This document shows positions 1 through 10,063 of a DNA stretch of 64,000 nucleotides, one piece after another. The DNA is from Candidatus Binatia bacterium. Its GTDB lineage: Bacteria; Desulfobacterota; Binatia; Bin18. Both the position numbers and the translations under genes were made by a program. Below the pieces are notes generated by a model. The model was not told where the DNA came from. It was given only the letters and a program-made list of their open reading frames with translations, and did no database searches. The stretch lies in assembly GCA_963664395.2 (NCBI GenBank), contig OY761159.2, positions 3,648,001 through 3,712,000 on the forward strand, in the 5' to 3' direction. Numbering within the stretch: position 1 is the stretch's first letter; every line of letters starts with the position of its first letter.

Positions 1-2735
1 AGACCCGCGTTGAAGCAGCCTGCGCAGTTGCCCGCGTCGGGGATGAAACCGTGCGAGCAAAGCTAAAACCTCTGGCTATCACCGGAGGAGATAACGATCT
101 GCGGGATGAATTGAAAGGGTATGCTCTTAAGGCCCTATGGCCGGGTCTCATAACAGCAGAGGAATTGTTTTCTGTCCTTACTCCACCGAAAGCCAAGAAT
201 TTCGCCGGAGCGTATTCTAGTTTTCTTAGCAAGGATTTAGTCCCTTCTCTCCAAGAGGCTGATTTGTCTATCGCTCTACAATGGGCAGACAAGGAGGAAA
301 GTCTCTACCGGGATACTTATCTAAAGGGAGAGAGGCTGCATCGGGGTACTTACCTGCATGAAAGAATTATCGACGCGATCATGCTCAAGGCATGGAATAA
401 TCCCGATCAGCCAGGGATAAGCAGAGGGTTCGCTAAGATCGCCCTACTGAGACTAGAGCAACATAGAGACATAATAGGCAAGAGATATAACTCAGAGCAC
501 GCGGATATTCTTGCGAGCAACGAGGAGAGACGCAGAAAAGTTCTCCACGTTATCCCCTCCCTCATTGCAGACTCATCAGACCAGGCAGTGTTCAGAGTGG
601 CATCCTATATGATGCGTCAAAAAATGATCTTGAAGAAAGACGTTCCATGGATGATTGAGCGTCTCATGGAGACTATCTCCGAAAAAGAGCAAACTATCTG
701 GGCACGTTTTATAGGGAGGTTATTTGACAGAGAAGATGCCGAACAGGTGGATTCAATTCTGACGACTTGTCAGCATAACCAAGTGCTTTCAGAGGTATGT
801 AGCTGGCTTCTCAGAATATGGGACCTCTCTTCCGACGACACTCAAAAAGAGAGAGAAGGATACCGAGAGAGGCAGGGATGGGAGGAAGCGCATCACGATC
901 AGCCCTTGTTGGACCCCCCACCTGCGGAGCGGATAGAAATCCTCTTAAGAGAGTGTGAGGAAGGGAACCTTAACGCTTGGTGGCAACTGAATCTAGAAAT
1001 GACTCTTGAGCCTACCAGCACGCATTATGAAGATGATCTCGAATCAGACTTGACAGCTCTTCCCGGCTGGAGGGATGCGAATCGGACTCTAAAAGCACGC
1101 TTGGTGGCAGTGGCAAAGCGGTACATTCAGGAGAGGGAAGTAGAGCGAGAGAAACAGATTTGCACTAACAAAGCGGCATCTGGAAGCCCTGTCATTATCC
1201 ACCGCCCAGCGCTCGCAGGATATCGAGCTTTTCGACTCTTGTTACAGGAGGAAGAAGATTTTGCAGTTCGCCTCGACCCCTCCGTATGGAAAAGATGGGC
1301 GTCCGTTATCATTAGCTATCCTCTTTCAGGTGATGTAGGGGCAGAAGAATCTCACCGTACCCTGATAAGTCAGGCGTATGCCTCCGCACCCGAAGAAGTC
1401 ATTGAAAGCCTCATGATCTTAATTGATCGAGAGAACCGTGAACACCAGTCTGTTTGGATTATCGAGAACATAAAACATTGTTGGGACGAACGTCTGGCAA
1501 ATGCGTTGTTGTCTAAGGTTAAGGTTAAGGATACTCAATTAAAACCTGGAAGCATGCGAAAGCTGTTGGACGAATTGATTATTCATAGTGTCCAGGAAGC
1601 GAGAAATTTGGCAGAAGGATTGATCCAGGCACGATATAGCTCCGATCAAGAACGGCAAGCGAAAGCAGTCCAGGCCGCCGCGTCTCTTTTCCTACACTCT
1701 GAAGATGCTGGTTGGTCGACTATATGGCCGTTAATCGAAAAGGAGCCCAGCTTCGGGGAAAAGATATTCGGGGAGATTGTACAGGAGAGTAGGCATTCTC
1801 TAAATCGGCATTTGACAGAAGATCAATGGGCAGATGTATACATCTGGCTCTCCTGCCAATATCCACATGCCGAAGACCCACAGGAAGAAGGAGCACATCG
1901 GGTCACGCCTCGGGAGAGCATTGGGAATTGGCGAGACTTAATCTTAAGCTTTCTTAAGGAGTTGGGGACAGTTGACGCTTGCGGGGCGATCCAGAAAATT
2001 TCTGAAGCTCGGCCTGAATTAGACTTTATTAAATGGGTGCTGATTCAGGCCCGAGAGAAGACGCGAGCGAAAACATGGTTTTCCCCTCAGCCGGAAGTAA
2101 TTCTTCAACTCTCCAGGGATCGAAAATCCTGCTTGGTACAAAATGGAAGCCAGCTTCTTGCCGCCCTCATCGAATCTTTGAAGCGAGCAGAAGAGAAGCT
2201 CCAAGGCGAAACACCCGCCGCCGAGTTTCTATGGAATAAGATAGGCAAAGACGCTTATAGACCTAAGGATGAGAATTCGTTCTCTAATTGGCTGAAGCTT
2301 CACCTTGAGGATGACCTAAAGACGCGAGGAATTATCACAAATCGAGAAGTTGAAATCCGTCGAGGAGAAGGAACGGGACAAGGAGAACGAACGGACATCT
2401 ATGTAAACGCCATCATTCGAGAACATCCAGAGAATAATCTCTATGATCAGATCACCGCTATCATCGAAGTAAAAGGTTGCTGGCATAAAGAACTCAAGGA
2501 TGCCATGCAAACGCAGCTCGCCGAGCGTTATCTAAAGGATAACCAATGCGATCATGGCTTATACCTTGTCGGATGGTTTCCCTGCGATCAGTGGGACAAA
2601 AAGGATCGAAGAAAATCGCAAACTCCGAAGATGAGGCTCGAACAGGCACGTAAAAATTTCGCTTGCCAAGCCCGAGAGCTTTCACAAAACGGGAAAACGA
2701 TTGAGTCTTTTGTAATGAACACCGCCCTTCGATGA
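1..2735 (+). CDS. Large alpha-helical-repeat protein with C-terminal PD-(D/E)xK restriction-endonuclease-like domain (5'-partial; probable NACHT/STAND-type defence protein)
   Basis: Frame is open from base 3 (TRVEAACAVARVGDETV...), so the gene starts upstream of the window. C-terminus has E...RTDI...IEVKG nuclease-type motif; the rest is Trp/Leu-rich and helical. Confidence 0.6.
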   Translation, partial: TRVEAACAVARVGDETVRAKLKPLAITGGDNDLRDELKGYALKALWPGLITAEELFSVLTPPKAKNFAGAYSSFLSKDLVPSLQEADLSIALQWADKEESLYRDTYLKGERLHRGTYLHERIIDAIMLKAWNNPDQPGISRGFAKIALLRLEQHRDIIGKRYNSEHADILASNEERRRKVLHVIPSLIADSSDQAVFRVASYMMRQKMILKKDVPWMIERLMETISEKEQTIWARFIGRLFDREDAEQVDSILTTCQHNQVLSEVCSWLLRIWDLSSDDTQKEREGYRERQGWEEAHHDQPLLDPPPAERIEILLRECEEGNLNAWWQLNLEMTLEPTSTHYEDDLESDLTALPGWRDANRTLKARLVAVAKRYIQEREVEREKQICTNKAASGSPVIIHRPALAGYRAFRLLLQEEEDFAVRLDPSVWKRWASVIISYPLSGDVGAEESHRTLISQAYASAPEEVIESLMILIDRENREHQSVWIIENIKHCWDERLANALLSKVKVKDTQLKPGSMRKLLDELIIHSVQEARNLAEGLIQARYSSDQERQAKAVQAAASLFLHSEDAGWSTIWPLIEKEPSFGEKIFGEIVQESRHSLNRHLTEDQWADVYIWLSCQYPHAEDPQEEGAHRVTPRESIGNWRDLILSFLKELGTVDACGAIQKISEARPELDFIKWVLIQAREKTRAKTWFSPQPEVILQLSRDRKSCLVQNGSQLLAALIESLKRAEEKLQGETPAAEFLWNKIGKDAYRPKDENSFSNWLKLHLEDDLKTRGIITNREVEIRRGEGTGQGERTDIYVNAIIREHPENNLYDQITAIIEVKGCWHKELKDAMQTQLAERYLKDNQCDHGLYLVGWFPCDQWDKKDRRKSQTPKMRLEQARKNFACQARELSQNGKTIESFVMNTALR

Positions 2736-2769
2736 CTCTATTCTACCTGAAAAAACAAGAAGAGACGCC

Positions 2770-5700
2770 ATGCCTCGTATTTTCGACAATATCGAACAGC
2801 ATCTCCAGCCTGTATTAGCCGAGACCCTGAAGCTTGCCGACCGGGCCGACTTCTGTGTCGGATATTTCAACTTGCGCGGCTGGCGGTTGATCGATTCATA
2901 TGTGGAACAATGGGACGGGGGCGAGGGGCATTGCTGCCGTGTCCTTGTCGGAATGCAGCGCTTGCCACACGAGGAATTTAGGATAGCCAGAAGTCTGTCC
3001 GCCGGCCAATCGGCACTCGACAATCAGACGGCGCTTCGGCTCAAAAAAAGACTCGCCGAAGAATTTCGAGAACAACTGACACTCGGTGCGCCGAGTAATG
3101 AAGACGAGACGGGCCTGCGCAGGTTGGCGAAGCAGATCAAGGCAAAGAAGGTTGTCGTCAAGCTGTTCCTCAGACATCCGCTCCATGCCAAGCTCTACCT
3201 CCTGTTTCGGCCCGACCCGATCAACCCGATCACCGGCTATCTGGGAAGCAGCAACCTTACCCAAGCAGGGCTCTCTCATCAGGGTGAACTCAATATTGAC
3301 GTGCTCGACCATGACGCCAGTCAGAAGCTCGCCACATGGTTTGAAGATCGATGGAATGACCGCTGGTGCGTCGATATATCGAAAGAGCTTGTTGAGATTA
3401 TTGAAGAGAGTTGGGCACGTGAAGAACTGATTCCGCCCCACCACATCTACATCAAAATCGCCTACCATTTATCGCAGGAAGCACGGGCTGGGTTGACCGA
3501 ATTTCGCATCCCAAAGGACTTTGGGAATAAGCTGCTCGACTTCCAGACAGCGGCAGTAAAAATCGCGGCGCATCATCTGAACCGGCGGGGAGGCGTTATC
3601 ATCGGTGATGTTGTCGGACTGGGCAAAACGCTCATGGCGACCGCCCTGGCGCGCGTGTTCGAGGACGACCACGGACTCGAAACCTTAATCATTTGCCCCA
3701 AGAACCTTGTTCCAATGTGGGAGGATTATCGTGAGCAGTACCGAATGCGTGCTCGCGTCCTGTCGATCACCCGCGCGATCAGAGAGCTGCCCGACATGCG
3801 TCGTTACCGCTTGGTGCTGATCGACGAGAGTCATAACCTGAGGAACCGGGAAGGTAAGCGATACCGGGCCATTCAGGAATACATTCAGGAAAACGACAGC
3901 AAATGTATCCTGCTGTCGGCAACGCCCTATAACAAGACGTATTTGGATCTGTCCAGCCAACTCCGTCTGTTCGTGTCCGAGGATGAAGACTTGGGGATCC
4001 GCCCGGAACGCTTGCTGAGAGAGATGGGCGAGACGGGGTTCGTGCGCCAGCATCAAGCGCCGGTTCGGTCCCTGGCCGCGTTCGAGAAATCCGAGCATGC
4101 AGAGGACTGGCACGAACTCATGCGTCTTTATCTCGTCCGCCGGACCCGTGGCTTCATCCAGAACAACTATGCTACCACCGACCCGGCCACCGGGCGTCAA
4201 TACTTGACGTTTGAAGACGGCAGAAAATCCTATTTCCCGACACGGGTCCCAAAGACGGTACAGTTTAATATCGACGGCCAATATGGCCAGTTGTTCGCGG
4301 ACGATGTGGTTGAGGCCATAAATCGTTTGGAACTGCCACGCTATGGGCTCGGCAACTACAGCTCTGATGTTCCGCGTACACCGCCGACACAAGCCGAAGC
4401 CACAATCTTGAACGACCTGTCGCGCGCCGGTAAGCGTCTGATGGGTTTCTGCCGGACTAATCTGTTCAAACGTCTGGAGAGTAGCGGTCATGCCTTTCTG
4501 CTGTCAGTCGAACGCCACATTCTCAGAAACTTCATCTTTCTGCACGCGCTGGAGAATGATCTGTCGCTCCCAATCGGAACGACGGACGCTGGGCTGCTGG
4601 ACCCGCAGTCGTTTGACGAAGATGCCGAGCAGGCCGTTGGCGACATCTTCGATACGGAGGACGACGAAGACAACGGCGAACCCGGAGGAACGACTTCGCT
4701 GAGGACCGAAGAGGATTTTCGCAACCGCGCTGCCGCAGTCTACGCACTGTTTACCGATAAATACAGGAAGCGGTTTCGCTGGCTGGCCTCGCATCACTTT
4801 AAGGCAGACCTGGGCAAAGCCCTCAGGGCCGATGCTGAGATTCTCCGCAATCTCCTGGTCACGTTCGGCGAGTGGCGAGCCGTGGACGATACGAAGTTGG
4901 ACGCACTGCAAGAAGTGCTTGTGAATCGACACCAGGAATACAAAGTACTGGTCTTCACGCAATTCGCCGACACGGTGCGCTATCTTGAAAACGAGTTGAA
5001 GGCGCGTGGAGTGTCGGGCATGGCTGCGGTAACAGGAGACACGCCGAACCTGACGGAACTAGTCTGGCGGTTCAGCCCGAGGAGCAACGAGAAGGACACC
5101 CCCGCCGAAGAAGAACTGCGCGTGCTGATCGCGACCGATGTGCTGAGCGAGGGGCAGAATTTGCAAGACTGCGCCGTTGTGGTGAACTACGACCTGCCGT
5201 GGGCCATTATCCGTCTGATTCAACGTGCTGGCCGTGTGGACCGTATCGGCCAGCAGGCGGACGCCATCCTGTGTTACTCCTTTCTTCCGGCCGAAGGGAT
5301 TGAGCGTCTGATTCGGCTTCGCGCCCGCGTGCGGACACGCCTTCAAGAGAACGCCGAGGTGGTGGGAACGGACGAGGCATTCTTCGAGGACGAGGACAAA
5401 CAGACCGTGCTTGACCTGTATAACGAAAAGGCCGGTATTCTCGACAGTGACGACGAGATGGACATCGATCTGTCCTCGTATGCGTATCAAATCTGGCGGA
5501 ACGCGACGCAGGCTGACCCGTCGCTCAGAAAGAAAATCGAAGATATGCCTTCTGTTGTCCATTCATCGAAAGCCCATCAACCACAGCCGCAGCGACCGGC
5601 AGGAGCGCTTGTCTATACGCGCACCGCCCAGGGGTACGACGCATTGGCCTGGATAAACCGCGATGCTAAGAGCGTGACTGAGAGCCAATTCGAGATTCTA

Positions 5701-6123
5701 CGTGCTGCGGAATGCGCGCCCGATACGCCGGCTCTCCCCCGGCATGACACGCATCATGAGCTGGTCAGCAAAGCCGCAGAACATATCGCCCGTGAGGAAA
5801 AGCAGGTTGGCGGCCAACTCGGCCGGCCCTCGGGTGCCAGGTTTCGTGTATACGAACGGCTCAAAGGCTATGCTGAAAGCGTCAAGGGTACACTGTTCGA
5901 TACCGGACCACTCCGGCGTGCAATCGACGACATCTATCGCTATCCCTTGCGACAGGCTGCGGTGGATACGCTGAACCGTCAGTTGCGAAGTGGGGTATCC
6001 GACCAGACCCTTGCCGAGTTGGTCATTGCGCTCCGGGATGACGACCGGCTGTGCATTGTCCATGACGAGGACGAAGGTCAGGAACCACGCCTCATCTGCT
6101 CAATGGGGTTGATAGGGCACTGA
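2770..6123 (+). CDS. PLD-nuclease/SNF2-family helicase fusion (restriction-type subunit)
   Basis: N-terminal HKD-type motif LHAKLY...GSSNLT; helicase motifs DVVGLGKT, DESH, SATP, DVLSEGQNLQ, QRAGRVDRIG. Confidence 0.9.
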   Translation: MPRIFDNIEQHLQPVLAETLKLADRADFCVGYFNLRGWRLIDSYVEQWDGGEGHCCRVLVGMQRLPHEEFRIARSLSAGQSALDNQTALRLKKRLAEEFREQLTLGAPSNEDETGLRRLAKQIKAKKVVVKLFLRHPLHAKLYLLFRPDPINPITGYLGSSNLTQAGLSHQGELNIDVLDHDASQKLATWFEDRWNDRWCVDISKELVEIIEESWAREELIPPHHIYIKIAYHLSQEARAGLTEFRIPKDFGNKLLDFQTAAVKIAAHHLNRRGGVIIGDVVGLGKTLMATALARVFEDDHGLETLIICPKNLVPMWEDYREQYRMRARVLSITRAIRELPDMRRYRLVLIDESHNLRNREGKRYRAIQEYIQENDSKCILLSATPYNKTYLDLSSQLRLFVSEDEDLGIRPERLLREMGETGFVRQHQAPVRSLAAFEKSEHAEDWHELMRLYLVRRTRGFIQNNYATTDPATGRQYLTFEDGRKSYFPTRVPKTVQFNIDGQYGQLFADDVVEAINRLELPRYGLGNYSSDVPRTPPTQAEATILNDLSRAGKRLMGFCRTNLFKRLESSGHAFLLSVERHILRNFIFLHALENDLSLPIGTTDAGLLDPQSFDEDAEQAVGDIFDTEDDEDNGEPGGTTSLRTEEDFRNRAAAVYALFTDKYRKRFRWLASHHFKADLGKALRADAEILRNLLVTFGEWRAVDDTKLDALQEVLVNRHQEYKVLVFTQFADTVRYLENELKARGVSGMAAVTGDTPNLTELVWRFSPRSNEKDTPAEEELRVLIATDVLSEGQNLQDCAVVVNYDLPWAIIRLIQRAGRVDRIGQQADAILCYSFLPAEGIERLIRLRARVRTRLQENAEVVGTDEAFFEDEDKQTVLDLYNEKAGILDSDDEMDIDLSSYAYQIWRNATQADPSLRKKIEDMPSVVHSSKAHQPQPQRPAGALVYTRTAQGYDALAWINRDAKSVTESQFEILRAAECAPDTPALPRHDTHHELVSKAAEHIAREEKQVGGQLGRPSGARFRVYERLKGYAESVKGTLFDTGPLRRAIDDIYRYPLRQAAVDTLNRQLRSGVSDQTLAELVIALRDDDRLCIVHDEDEGQEPRLICSMGLIGH

Positions 6124-6150
6124 TACATTCCGCTATGCTTGATGCCGTTA

Positions 6151-6177
6151 CCTTACCTACATAGAGCCTCTGTAAGG
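6151..6177 (+). promoter_or_regulatory. Inverted repeat CCTTAC-N15-GTAAGG, probable autoregulatory operator of the AbrB-type antitoxin
   Basis: Inverted repeat immediately upstream of ATG 6186. Confidence 0.35.
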
Positions 6178-6185
6178 AAAAACGT

Positions 6186-6428
6186 ATGATTGTTAAAATC
6201 ACCTCAAAACGCCAAGTCACCCTCCCGACACAGGTGCTAGACGCGCTCGGCGTTGGTCCCGGCGATCAACTCGACCTGGAAGAAAGCCCCGAAGGATTCA
6301 TTCTGCGACCGCGGCGGATAGACTATTCCAAGCTAGGCTTTCTCAAAGACAAGATTGATCCCACAGTCGAGCCGTTCGATATCGAGAAGTTCAGGAGTGA
6401 GCCCTATGACCCGTCGTTACGGGATTGA
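6186..6428 (+). CDS. AbrB/MazE/SpoVT-family antitoxin
   Basis: KITSKRQVTLP...LGVGPGDQL swapped-hairpin signature, 80 aa. Confidence 0.9.
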   Translation: MIVKITSKRQVTLPTQVLDALGVGPGDQLDLEESPEGFILRPRRIDYSKLGFLKDKIDPTVEPFDIEKFRSEPYDPSLRD

Positions 6429-6513
6429 TACCTCCGACTATCCCTGCGTTGACCTGGAAGTCTTGACGCTGGACCGTCAGAGGGTCGCCTTATCCAATGT
6501 CCGGCGACTCTAA
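6406..6513 (+). pseudogene. Internally deleted PIN/VapC toxin remnant (35 aa)
   Basis: MTRRYGIDTS (PIN first-strand DTS motif) joined directly to DYPCVDLEVLTLDRQRVALSNVRRL (PIN C-terminal LTxD motif); overlaps the antitoxin 3' end. Confidence 0.7.
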
Positions 6514-6534
6514 AACCCACCGAGGACACTGCCA

Positions 6535-9500
6535 ATGCCGACACCTCTCGACAGAGATAAAATCAGAAAATATCTGGAAGACTTCAACCTCCGCGCCCTA
6601 TTTGTCGAGGAGCTTGGCTGGGACCACGGCGGCGAGAACATAGAAGTTACAGTCGCAAGCAAGCCGTTCGTTCTTGAAGCCATCGCCCACAAGCGCGGCA
6701 TGGTCGTCTACCAACACGTTGCTGATACAGACGAGGCCTTCCCTGACCATCCCACCCGCCAGAAGATCGAAAAAACCGTTGCCAAGACCGTCCGTGAACA
6801 CCTCATCGTGTACGCCCCGCCCGACCAGAGCGCGCAGTATTGGCAATGGGTAAAACGTGAACCCGGCCAGCCCGATCGGTCTCGCCAGCATATTTATCAC
6901 CGGGACCAGCCGGGCGAGGCGCTGATCCAGAAGCTGGAGCAGCTTGTCTTTACGCTGGACGAAGAAGATGATCTGACCATCGTTGACGTTTCGGGCCGGG
7001 TGCGTGCGGCGTTCGACGTGGAAAAGATCACCAAGAAGTTCTACGACCGTTTCAAGCAGGAACATCACGCCTTTCTGGAATTCATCGAAGGCATACAGAA
7101 CATCGCTGACCGGGAATGGTACGCCTCGCTCATGCTGAACCGGATGATGTTCATCTACTTCATCCAGAAGCGTGGTTTTCTCGACAACAACATGGACTAT
7201 CTGCGCGACCGTCTGGAAAGAGTGCGGCAGCAGGGAGGCGGCAACTTCCTCAGTTTCTACCGCCTGTTCCTGCTGCGGCTGTTTCACGAAGGATTGGGCC
7301 AACCCGAGGCCGACCGCGTCCCTGAATTGGTGGAGTTGCTCGGCCAAGTTCCGTATCTCAACGGCGGCCTGTTTGACGTACACGACTTGGAGCGTGACAA
7401 CCCGAAAATACACATTCCCGATGAAGCCTTTCAGAACATCTTCGCCTTTTTCGACGCCTATCAATGGCATCTCGATAACCGTCCGCTTCGGAACGACAAC
7501 GAGATCAATCCCGACGTGCTGGGCTATATCTTCGAGAAATACATCAACCAGAAGCAGATGGGGGCCTACTATACCAAGGAGGACATTACCGGCTACATCA
7601 GCCGCAACACCATTCTTCCCTTCCTGTTCGACCGGGCGAAAAAGGCGTGTCCGATTGCCTTCACGTCTGGCGGCGGAGTGTGGCGGCTGTTATCCGACGA
7701 CCCCGACCGCTATTTTTACGAGGCAGTCCGCCACGGCATCACCTTTGACATCCATAAAAAAGAGGACCTTGCGGAAAAGCGCGAGCTGCCGCCCGACATC
7801 GCCGCTGGCCTGAACGACGTGTCCAAACGCGGGGGATGGAACAAGGCGGCCCCAGCCGACTATGCTTTGCCAACCGAAACTTGGCGCGAGCATGTTGCCC
7901 GGCGTCAGCGCTACGAGGAAATCCGAGCCAAACTGGCCGCCGGCGAGGTTACGTCGATCAACGACCTCATCACCTACAATCTGGACATCGAGAAATTCGC
8001 CCTGGACGTGATAGCCGGGAGCGAAGGGCCGGAACTGGTCCGCGCCTTCTGGAAAGCGCTCAACGCGGTTTCCGTCCTTGACCCGACGTGCGGGTCTGGC
8101 GCGTTCCTGTTCGCGGCGCTCAACATTCTGGAGCCGCTGTACACGGCCTGTCTGGAGGTCATGCGCGGCTTTCTGGATGATCTGGAGCGCTCGCAACGCA
8201 AGCACCGTCCGGAGAAACTGCGCGACTTACGCACGGTGTTAGAACAGGTCGCCGCGCACGCCAGTGAAAGCTATTTCATTCACAAGTCCATTATTGTCAA
8301 TAACCTGTACGGTGTAGACATCATGGAAGAGGCCGTAGAAATCTGCAAACTGCGTCTGTTCCTGAAGCTCGTTGCGCAGTTGGAACGCTACGAGCAGATT
8401 GAGCCGTTGCCTGATGTTGATTTCAACGTCCGTGCCGGTAACACGCTCGTTGGTTTTGCTTCACTTGAGGAAGTGAAAAATGCGCTGAGCGCCGACCTGA
8501 TAAAACAGTTGTCCCTTCCTCAGATAGAAGAGCGCGCCGAAATCGCCGACCGCGCCTTTCGTAAGTTCCGTGAAATGCAGACCGAGCACGGCATGGACGC
8601 CAGCGAGTTCGCCGTCACCAAGGTGGAATTACGGAAACGACTTGACGACCTGCGCAACGAGTTAGACCTGTATTTGGCGGGTGATTACGGGGTCAAGGTG
8701 AAAAGTAAACGAGCGTATAAAAAATGGCGTGACAGCCATCAGCCGTTTCACTGGTTCGTTGAGTTTTACGGGATTATGCACGGCGGTGGGTTCGACGTGA
8801 TTATAGGTAATCCGCCGTATGTCGAGTACAGAAAAGTGAAGGAGTCCTATAGAGTACTAGGCTTTTACACTAAACGGACTGCCAACCTCTATTCTTTCAC
8901 AGCCGAACAATCCGAGAGATTACTTTGTGCAAAAGGACGTGTCGGCCTAATCATTCCCGTATCTTTTGCTTCCTCAGATTTATTTGAACCACTTCGACAA
9001 TTATTTTGGGAGACAAATCGGCCTTTGTGGCTTTCCCATTTCTCCAATAGGCCGGGGCAGCTCTTCTCTGGCGCACAGAATAGATTAACAATTCTCCTTG
9101 CGGGAGAAAAAGGATCACAAATAGCTTTTTCAACGAGATATCATCGTTGGGACGAAAAACGTGGGGAGCGTTCGTCCCTCTTTCAGACTCTTCAGTACAT
9201 TGGCCTCGGGGACCCAACCCGATTACTTCATGGACTTTTTTGTAAGAGTGGATCGAAAGAATCAGTCTCAGCTCTAGGAAAAATCGATGTTGATACGACG
9301 ATCCGTGAGCATTTATCAAAATCGGGATCAGCCTCTGTTCACTGGGTCCGTGTTCCTGGCTACTTTTGTCAGTTCTTTCTGAAGCCACCACTGGTACGAA
9401 CAGAGGACGGGGGCCAAGTAAGGGTCAGAGGAGAAGTCAAAACCATCTACACAGCAGATGAGGGACTGCGGCACGTAATCCACGCTCTTCTGAATAGCTC

Positions 9501-9846
9501 CACCTATTATCTTTATTTTAGCGCCTATTCCGACGGTCGGCATATAAATCCAGCTGATGTTTACGATTATCCATTCAAGTTCAGCTCATTCTGCGCAAAT
9601 ACGGCTGCACAACTGGAGAGATTATCAGAACGGCTCCAAGATGCGATGATGAAACATACAAGCCACTGGCGAAAAAGTGGTTTATTAATTGATTCAGTGG
9701 ATTCTAAACCCTGCAAGCCAATTATCGACGAAATCGATCACGTGCTTGCCGAACACTACGGTTTCACTGACGAAGAACTGGACTTCATCATCAACTACGA
9801 CATCAAGTATCGTATGGGACGGGAAGCAACGGAAGGAGAGGTGTGA
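6535..9846 (+). CDS. Eco57I-like gamma-class N6-adenine DNA methyltransferase with C-terminal target-recognition region
   Basis: PYLNGGLF, GAYYT, motif I DPTCGSGAF, motif IV FDVIIGNPPY; C-terminal HYGFTDEELDFIINYDIKYRMG. Confidence 0.92.
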   Translation: MPTPLDRDKIRKYLEDFNLRALFVEELGWDHGGENIEVTVASKPFVLEAIAHKRGMVVYQHVADTDEAFPDHPTRQKIEKTVAKTVREHLIVYAPPDQSAQYWQWVKREPGQPDRSRQHIYHRDQPGEALIQKLEQLVFTLDEEDDLTIVDVSGRVRAAFDVEKITKKFYDRFKQEHHAFLEFIEGIQNIADREWYASLMLNRMMFIYFIQKRGFLDNNMDYLRDRLERVRQQGGGNFLSFYRLFLLRLFHEGLGQPEADRVPELVELLGQVPYLNGGLFDVHDLERDNPKIHIPDEAFQNIFAFFDAYQWHLDNRPLRNDNEINPDVLGYIFEKYINQKQMGAYYTKEDITGYISRNTILPFLFDRAKKACPIAFTSGGGVWRLLSDDPDRYFYEAVRHGITFDIHKKEDLAEKRELPPDIAAGLNDVSKRGGWNKAAPADYALPTETWREHVARRQRYEEIRAKLAAGEVTSINDLITYNLDIEKFALDVIAGSEGPELVRAFWKALNAVSVLDPTCGSGAFLFAALNILEPLYTACLEVMRGFLDDLERSQRKHRPEKLRDLRTVLEQVAAHASESYFIHKSIIVNNLYGVDIMEEAVEICKLRLFLKLVAQLERYEQIEPLPDVDFNVRAGNTLVGFASLEEVKNALSADLIKQLSLPQIEERAEIADRAFRKFREMQTEHGMDASEFAVTKVELRKRLDDLRNELDLYLAGDYGVKVKSKRAYKKWRDSHQPFHWFVEFYGIMHGGGFDVIIGNPPYVEYRKVKESYRVLGFYTKRTANLYSFTAEQSERLLCAKGRVGLIIPVSFASSDLFEPLRQLFWETNRPLWLSHFSNRPGQLFSGAQNRLTILLAGEKGSQIAFSTRYHRWDEKRGERSSLFQTLQYIGLGDPTRLLHGLFCKSGSKESVSALGKIDVDTTIREHLSKSGSASVHWVRVPGYFCQFFLKPPLVRTEDGGQVRVRGEVKTIYTADEGLRHVIHALLNSSTYYLYFSAYSDGRHINPADVYDYPFKFSSFCANTAAQLERLSERLQDAMMKHTSHWRKSGLLIDSVDSKPCKPIIDEIDHVLAEHYGFTDEELDFIINYDIKYRMGREATEGEV

Positions 9847-9852
9847 GAGCTA

Positions 9853-10059
9853 ATGAAACTACACGTCGATGAGGAAGCCGACGCGCTCTACCTGCGCCTC
9901 GACGCCTCCGCTATCGTCGAGTCCGAAGAGGTCTCGCCGGGAGTGATGCTTGATTACAACGAATCGAACGAAGTGGTAGGCGTGGAAATGCTCCATCTCT
10001 CAAAACGTTCCGCCAGCCTGAATCTTTCTACCCTGGAATTAACCGTCCAGAAGATGTGA
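9853..10059 (+). CDS. DUF2283 domain protein
   Basis: DEEADALYLRL...ESEEVSPGVMLDYNESNEVVGVEML family signature. Confidence 0.85.
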   Translation: MKLHVDEEADALYLRLDASAIVESEEVSPGVMLDYNESNEVVGVEMLHLSKRSASLNLSTLELTVQKM

Positions 10060-10063
10060 ACGA

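Noticed and set aside
304-360. 33-bp imperfect duplication (LYRDTYL/LHRGTYL) in the first ORF
   Set aside because: Small in-frame duplication with no evident functional consequence
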